The notes under the pieces are model-generated. The model was not told the DNA's origin and made no database searches. It was given only the letters and a program-made list of their open reading frames with translations. A stretch of 56,288 bases of DNA, taken from positions 19,390,203-19,446,490 of the forward strand of contig CM119268.1 in assembly GCA_051294375.1 (NCBI GenBank), written 5' to 3'. Within the stretch, counting starts at the first letter, position 1, and each line of letters opens with the position of its first letter. Both the position numbers and the translations under genes were made by a program. This DNA is from Paraspadella gotoi. Its lineage: Eukaryota; Animalia; Chaetognatha. Of the stretch, positions 49,326 to 56,288 are shown in pieces.

Positions 49326-50183
49326 CTGAAAATTTCATTATTTACAAACAAATTCCGATTTAGATTTTACGCACGTGGAAGCTAAAACAGTGAACTTTCT
49401 CATGGTACTTGGTAGAATAAAGAAGGGAGATTATATTTTGCGAGAGAAAAAAAGAAGAGACAAGACAAGACAAGACAAGACAAGACAAGACAAGACAAGA
49501 CAAGACAAGACAAGACAAGACAAGACAAGACAAGACAAGACGAAAAAGATTAAAATGAAAACGAGAGAAAAGAAGAGAAGAGAAGAAAAGAGAAGAAAAG
49601 AAAAAAGAAGAGAAGATTAGAGAAGTGAAGAGAAGAGAAGAGAAGAGAAAAGAGAATAGAAAACAAGTTTCGGGGAAAAAAACAAAGAAAGTGACACCCG
49701 GAGAAAATTGGGCGCCGGCCGGTGATCTGGGCGCCGATCCGATCTGGTGGGCGGTGGGGGGAGGCAGAGTCACCGGCGACGGTTCCGAAGGCCCGACGCC
49801 GCCCCTCGTTTCCAGTGAGCAACGTCGGCAATGTGATAAACTCATCATGAATAATTCATGGCTTTTATTCACTCTTGGAGGAAAAGGGGTGAAAGAGAGA
49901 GATGGAGAGAGAGAAAAGAAAGAGAAGAGAGAGAGAGAAAAGAGAGTTCTCTCTTTTTTTAGATTAGGTGAATCTCTTTTTAAGACTGCTTATTTTTCTC
50001 CTTCTTATTTCAATTCTCCTTCTTATTTTCCAACTTGGTTCACTTATTCTCCCTCTTGTTCTTTCTCCTCCTTTTTTTCGTTCTTCTAATTTCCTCCATT
50101 TTATTTCTTTTGTTTTCAAAATTCGGCTCGAAATTCGTTTCGTTTTTAACTTTTTATGATTCACTTTCACGTTTACAATCAAA

Positions 50184-52169
50184 TATACCGTCAGAATAAA
50201 AGCATTCCCCCTAGCGGGTGGCGAGGGACGACACTTCAGAGGGTGGGCAAAAACCATATACCATGGTATGCTCCTAGGGGGGATAATTTATTTAGAGTTT
50301 ATAGGAGGCAACCTGGCAGATCCCCTTAAGGTGCAAAAAAATGCCTTCCCCAGGGGTTACCCCTAAGTATCATCACAGGAAACGGATTGATCGTGAAGCT
50401 TGTCTCGCTTGTCTCGTTTGGCTTTTCTGCCTTTTCTTCTCTCTCAACCAATCAGAGAGGTAGCTTCCCTCACGGAATCAACAGGAGAGAGATGAGAGAA
50501 GAAACAAGGCAGTCTTCAACTTACCCTCAAAAAACAAACATCATAATTCCCAAGTTCATGAACTATTTACTTTGTATTTTGAACCATCGTTTTAATCATC
50601 ATAATCTCCCTCAATTATTACTATCTCCGCGTTTATTTGTATAAAATAAAACTACTATAAATTATCCATAATAAACCACGCCTACTTCCTTCATTGGTAT
50701 GAAAAAATGTCTACCCGTTGGGGTGGTCTTCCTATTGTAGCAAAAAAGCCAGGCTTCTTTAATCATTTTTTTACCAATGATTTTCCTCCATTTTATTTAT
50801 TTTTTTTTTTTAAATCATATGAGCAATCTAGTATAAAAATGTATGTAAGGAATATATATAAAGTTTATTGCTAAATACTAATCATTTAATAAATAACCCA
50901 AAAAAAGAACAGTTTTTAAAACTGTATACTGCTAAACTGACCCAATAGCTGTTACATTAGGAAGTTACTGTTTGTAATACAAATTTATTAATTTTTAAAA
51001 ATAATTTTAAGCTATTTTAATTGCTTAAATAAAAAAATAAAAATTATTAGATTAATTATTAAATTAATGGGTAAATCTAGGTATCAGATTAACAAAAATA
51101 TTTTTTTTAAATTTCTTTATGAAATAATATTTTTATATAATGTTACTCTTAATAGAAAAAGTCTTATAAAATAATTTTATTTTAAATATATGAAATATAT
51201 ATGACGGTTGATGGTGATACGCACGCGGGAGTCTTGATCAATGCTACTGAAACTACGGAAAGCTAAGTCTATTTATATCTGAGAGAGAGGATCAGAAGCA
51301 AAAGTGATTTTGACAATTTAAGGGTACTTGCAAGCCGATTGGTTGATTCCGGTTTCGGCTCAGCCAATCAGTATTCGGCAATTCCATTCTGGCGGTGACT
51401 GCCCGATCCTCAAATTTTTTGATTCTGGTAAGATTTATCTGCGTTGCCAATAAAAATAAAAAAAAATAAAAAGAAAAAAAAAGAGAGAAGGAAAAGGAAT
51501 AAAGATCTGGTAAAAAATAAATTTTAAAAGCCTGGCTTTTTTGTCTAAAATTACCCTACCTGTTTTCTCTCCAGTCAGGGGGAAACTTTATTTTCTACCC
51601 CCTTGCAGAAAATTACTTTGTTTTCTATGCCAAGCGATTACGAACGTTTAATGAAGGAATTTCGCCCGTACGAACTATTTAACATAATTTTCGTAGAAGG
51701 AAAAAGTCTTTTTAGTATTTTAATGTTTATTTTTAGTATCATGATCCTTCAGAAACTCATAAAATCGAGTTTCTTCCGGGCGAAACAATTTCTATGAGTT
51801 TAAGCATTAAGTAAAACTGAAGTAACTCAGGAAATTTTGTCTGAAATTAAAACGGGTTAAAAATGCCCGCGAAAATATTGGGCCAAAAAACTGGCCAGGG
51901 AAAATTGGCCAAACGACCTCACGAGACCATTAAAGGGACATCACAAAACATCTTTGACACCCCTGTTCCCAAAAAGAATTAGTATTGGGAGCGCCCCTGT
52001 AAAGGTTAAAAATTTATTTACCAAAGCGTAGCCCCTTGGGGGCACCCCTAGGTATGTTGCATTAAAAGTACCCTTAAATGTTTAAAAATCGTTTCCCCCC
52101 GGGGTAGATTGCTCCAGGGGGCAGCCCCTTCTATTGACCCAAGGGAAAGCCTTTATGAGCGACGGTATA
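50184..52169. mobile_element. Putative ~2-kb non-autonomous TIR element
   Basis: Imperfect terminal inverted repeats TATACCGTCAGAATAAAAGCATTCCC / GGGAAAGCCTTTATGAGCGACGGTATA, compatible with a TA target duplication. No transposase ORF was seen. Confidence 0.45.
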
Positions 52170-52290
52170 TCTCTTTATAATCTTTCACACTTCTCAATCT
52201 CGACTTTCAATCTCTCCCGCAAAGCTGAACGAGAAAAAATCTGATAGATTTAAGACTAATCTTATTTTTTCTGATATTATACAATACTTT

Positions 52291-53123
52291 AACAAGTTTG
52301 AGCAAACAATGTCGGATCTGCCCACGATCATTATCGGTAATTAATTAATTAATTAATTAATTAATTAATTAATTAATTATTTAATTAATTAATAATTATT
52401 TTATTAATTATTTAATTAATTAATAATAAACTTATTCAAGTTAATTATTTAATTAATTATGCATTTATGCAATTAATTTTATCCAAAATGTTTGTTTTAA
52501 TTGATTAATTAACTGATTAAATAATTATTGATAATTAATTGATTAATTGATTAATTAACTAATTATTTATTTGATTAATTAATACATCTTGCATTTACAT
52601 TTAAATAAAAAGAAAAAGAAGCATAATCAATTAGTAAACAAGGTTTTTTGTTTTTTCCATTTAAACTCATTTCCACTCAAACGATTCCATCGAAACTTGA
52701 TTTCCAGTTTAATCACACACGTTTCTACCCAAATACAAAATTTCAAGTCAATCGCCCCATCCACTCCTGAGTAATTGGTGTTCAAATAGTGAAATATATT
52801 TTTTTATTTTTTCCATTTAAACTCATTTCCACTTGACGATTCCATCAAAAACTTCATATCCAGCTCAATTACACACTTTCCTACCCACACACAAAATTTC
52901 ATTCCAATCCACCCATCCAATCACGAGTAATTGGTGTTTTTTGCTAAGGTGGGACGGATGGACGGATGGACGGACGGACGCAGACATCGTTTTTTTTTGC
53001 ATAATTTATCATAATTCGATGTTCTGACATGATATAAGTGAATGCCCAACAAGTGGGCGGACCGACGGACCGACAAAGTGAATTATAGAGTCGGGATCTG
53101 CTGAAAGCAGATCCAACTAAAAA
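52291..53123 (-). mobile_element. HINE-like element, compact copy
   Basis: AACAAGTTTGAGCAAACAATGTCGGATCTGCC ... CGGGATCTGCTGAAAGCAGATCCAACTAAAAA. Confidence 0.78.
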
Positions 53124-53867
53124 TGAAAAAAAATTACACTGGACATCTGGAGGGATAGCTGGATAACTTGATTGCCCAAGATCCCTAAATAATAATCTTA
53201 ATGTTATTAAAACATATGTTGAAAGATAGGTCCATGATTTTGAATCTTTTACATGGATTTCAAATGGGAGTTAAATGAAATTATCAAATTATCTAATAAA
53301 ACGACTTCACATTTTTCACCCTGATGAAAAAAACACTGACTTTTTTATTTTTTAACTCCCAATAGTCCAGCTTGTTTATTTTCTTAGTTATGTTCACAAT
53401 GGCATGATTGTATTCTTTTAATATTTTTTTTTACCGTTTAATGTTTCACATAGTCACAACCAATCAATTGTTAAATTTAAAAAGTAATATATGCAAAATG
53501 TAGCATTTTTGTCTGCTCTTCAATGTGGTATAGATTTCATATTCGTTGAATACTTAGATGCTTATTTAATTTTCAGAATAATAAAGAGATGATTTTTTTA
53601 TAAAAAGTCATCTGATTTTTCTTTTTTTTAATTTAAAAAATTCATAGTTAATATAAAATTTAAAAAAAAATATTAAATGGGTGACATAAAATATTTTAAT
53701 TTTTATTCTTTAAAACTTGGTACAGGTTTTGTTTTTGTGCATTAAATAATAATATGACTAATGTTTTTTTAAATTTTTAATACCCTTTTTTTTAGATCTC
53801 AGTGGTATTTTGATATTTGAATTAACTTAAATTTTAGTTCATTTAAAGAGGAAAGGTCATTGGTGTA

Positions 53868-54172
53868 ATTGGTGTTTTTTGCTAAGGTGGGACGCAGGGA
53901 CGGACGGACGGACGGACGGACGGACGGACTAAAGAACGAACGAACGAACGAATGAACGAACGGACGGACCGACGGACGGACCAACGTCCCACCTTAGCAA
54001 AAAACACCAATTACTCGTGATTGGATGGATGGATTGGAATGAAATTTTTTGTGTGGGTAGGAAATTGTAAGATTGAGCTGCATATGAAGTTTTGATGGAA
54101 TCGTCCGAGTGGAAATGAGTTTGAATGGAAAAAACAAAAAACATATATTTCACTATTTGAACACATGAGTGG
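53868..54172. mobile_element. Head-to-head HINE-like fragments joined at the GGAC microsatellite (more fragments at ~55515-55845)
   Basis: TAATTGGTGTTTTTTGCTAAGGTGGGACG ... CGTCCCACCTTAGCAAAAAACACCAATTA forms an inverted pair. Confidence 0.65.
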
Positions 54173-55908
54173 AAGTAGGCGAAAATCTCGCTTAAAAAAA
54201 AATTCAACATTTTTCTAATAGAGATTTCTGTTCGAATCTGACTGCCTAACTTTACAAACGACATTGGGAGAAATTCCGGTAGAAAACAGTTGTAAAACGA
54301 TTCCGATAGCGTTGCATCTCAAGAGCTCGACTTTTTGTTCTTGTAGCATTTGATAAAGAATTTACTACCAAACAAGCCAGGGGAAATGAACTACTCATCT
54401 CCGGAGGATTTTCAAAACTCATTTTTATTATAGAAATGAAAGGGAAATTTCACTTTTTTAAAATTACAAACAGGATTACAGTATGTTAGCATTATAAATG
54501 GTACTTCAAAAGCCTCGTGTCCCGAGAGCTCGACTTTTTTTCCTTTTTAGTATTGACCATTTTTTTATATTAAACCATCCTGGTAAAGTGAATTGGTCCA
54601 GTTTTCATCACGAAATTTTTATTTAAAAAGAATTTAAAAGGAAGGTTGAGAAAAAAAACCTGATTTTTCCTAATATCTTTTGAAGGAACAAAGATAAAGG
54701 GATGGCAATAGTACCAAAATGAAGACATAATCATAGGGCACATACAAGATACAATTTTAGAATTATTTTTGCTGAAACCTCTTAACAGGGTGAGTGTCAA
54801 ACTAAGTCAAAATTAGAATTAATTTTAAAACTAATGACACCTCATTAAAATAAATAAAAATTAAATTCTTTTTAATGATTCTGAAATAAAAAAGGCTACA
54901 TTGTACTCTAGTAAAGCTTTAAAGTTTTTTAGATTAAGAAAATATAAGTTTTTTTTTCACTTAAATGCTTGTCTGATTTTACAAGCATGCTTACAAAATT
55001 ATAAAAAATGTTATTCACCCCATAGCCTAAGTATTTATCTTTCTTTTCCATCAACAAAAAGTAAACATTATTTTATGTTAGAGTACAGGGATGTTTACTG
55101 AAAGGAGCCGGAAAACGTTCAACTTCTTCAGTTTGATGTTATTTTTCAATAATAAAAAAGGCAAATTTTTTGATTATTTAACTCTCACAGGCTTCACAAG
55201 ACATAACACTTTCATAATATCACAATGTTAATGTAATTCATTTTATATTTTTACCCAGAAATTATAAAATAATAAAATTATAGATTCCTTTCGTTCGTTT
55301 AAGGAAAAAAAATTAACAAGCGGAATTATAAGTTTGAAAGAGGAAGTCAGAATCGGCGAGAATCTTAAAAGGCGAGAATGTTGAAAAAATGGAGATGAAA
55401 TTTGGTTGTTTTTCGTCGATTTCTTCTAAATCCATTACATTATTCCAGTCATTCTCTATCTAAAAATATAAAAATATTATGAAAATAGGTTTGGGATCGA
55501 CTTTCGGAATTTGGATCTAGTGGATGGGACGATTGACTTAAATTTTTTTATTTGGGTAGAAAAGTGTATGATTAAACTGGAAATAAAGTTCAATGGAATC
55601 GATTGAGTGGAAATGAGTTTAAAGGGAAAAAACAAAGGACCTGTTTCACTAATTGAATATGCTTCTTTTTCTTTTTATTTTAAATGTAAATGCAAGATGT
55701 CCAATAATTATTCAGATGTCCAATAATTATTCAGTTAGTTAATAATTAATAATTTATCATAATTAGATGTTCTAACATGATATAAGTGAATGCCCGACAA
55801 GATTGAGGGGGCGGAACGACGGACCGACAAAGTGAATTATAGAAAAATGCACGACGCTTAAATACAGTTTGGAATGAAGATTCACTATCATAGCAATTAT
55901 GATAATGA

Positions 55909-55947
<39 letters not shown>

Positions 55948-56141
55948 CCTCCACTTTTCAAGCGCCGCCTTTTTTTTACTCTGTCGATTCCATCCAAAGT
56001 GAGGAGAGACATTGTGAGACATTGTGTGGAACGAAACTCCATTCCAACTCGCCATTATGTGACTCACAAAAACCCATTGTCATCATTGCCCAAACTCTTC
56101 TTTCTTCAAAGAAGAGAAGAAAAGGAGAGATAGAGGAAGAG

Positions 56142-56223
<82 letters not shown>

Positions 56224-56288
56224 GAGAGAGACAGAGAGAAGAAAGAGAGAAGAGAGAGAGATACAAAGAAAGAGAAGGAGGAAAAGAA

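Overview
AT-rich, microsatellite-rich eukaryotic (invertebrate-like) genomic DNA with four assembly gaps and stretches of noisy, long-read-like sequence. One well-supported gene is present: a 10-exon + strand RMDN/RMD-1 (FAM82) family TPR protein of about 607 aa (30505-46083), with all splice phases consistent. Most of the rest is repeats: DINE-1/HINE-like (Helentron-associated) elements, DNA-transposon remnants and several minisatellites. Two inverted duplications centred on exactly 25 N are probably gap-filling artefacts. The most striking signal is four sequence-divergent families of elements (8 copies; tandem units of 406 and ~425 bp). Each places a tRNA-like Pol III head directly upstream of a P5-type (circularly permuted) twister ribozyme, supported by compensatory base changes in both pseudoknots. 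In every family the P1 helix is replaced by a single 4-nt self-complementary sequence (GGCC, GCGU, CCGG, GCGC), suggesting twister ribozymes that work as dimers inside retrozyme-like tandem elements. All structures were read by eye; none were computed or searched.
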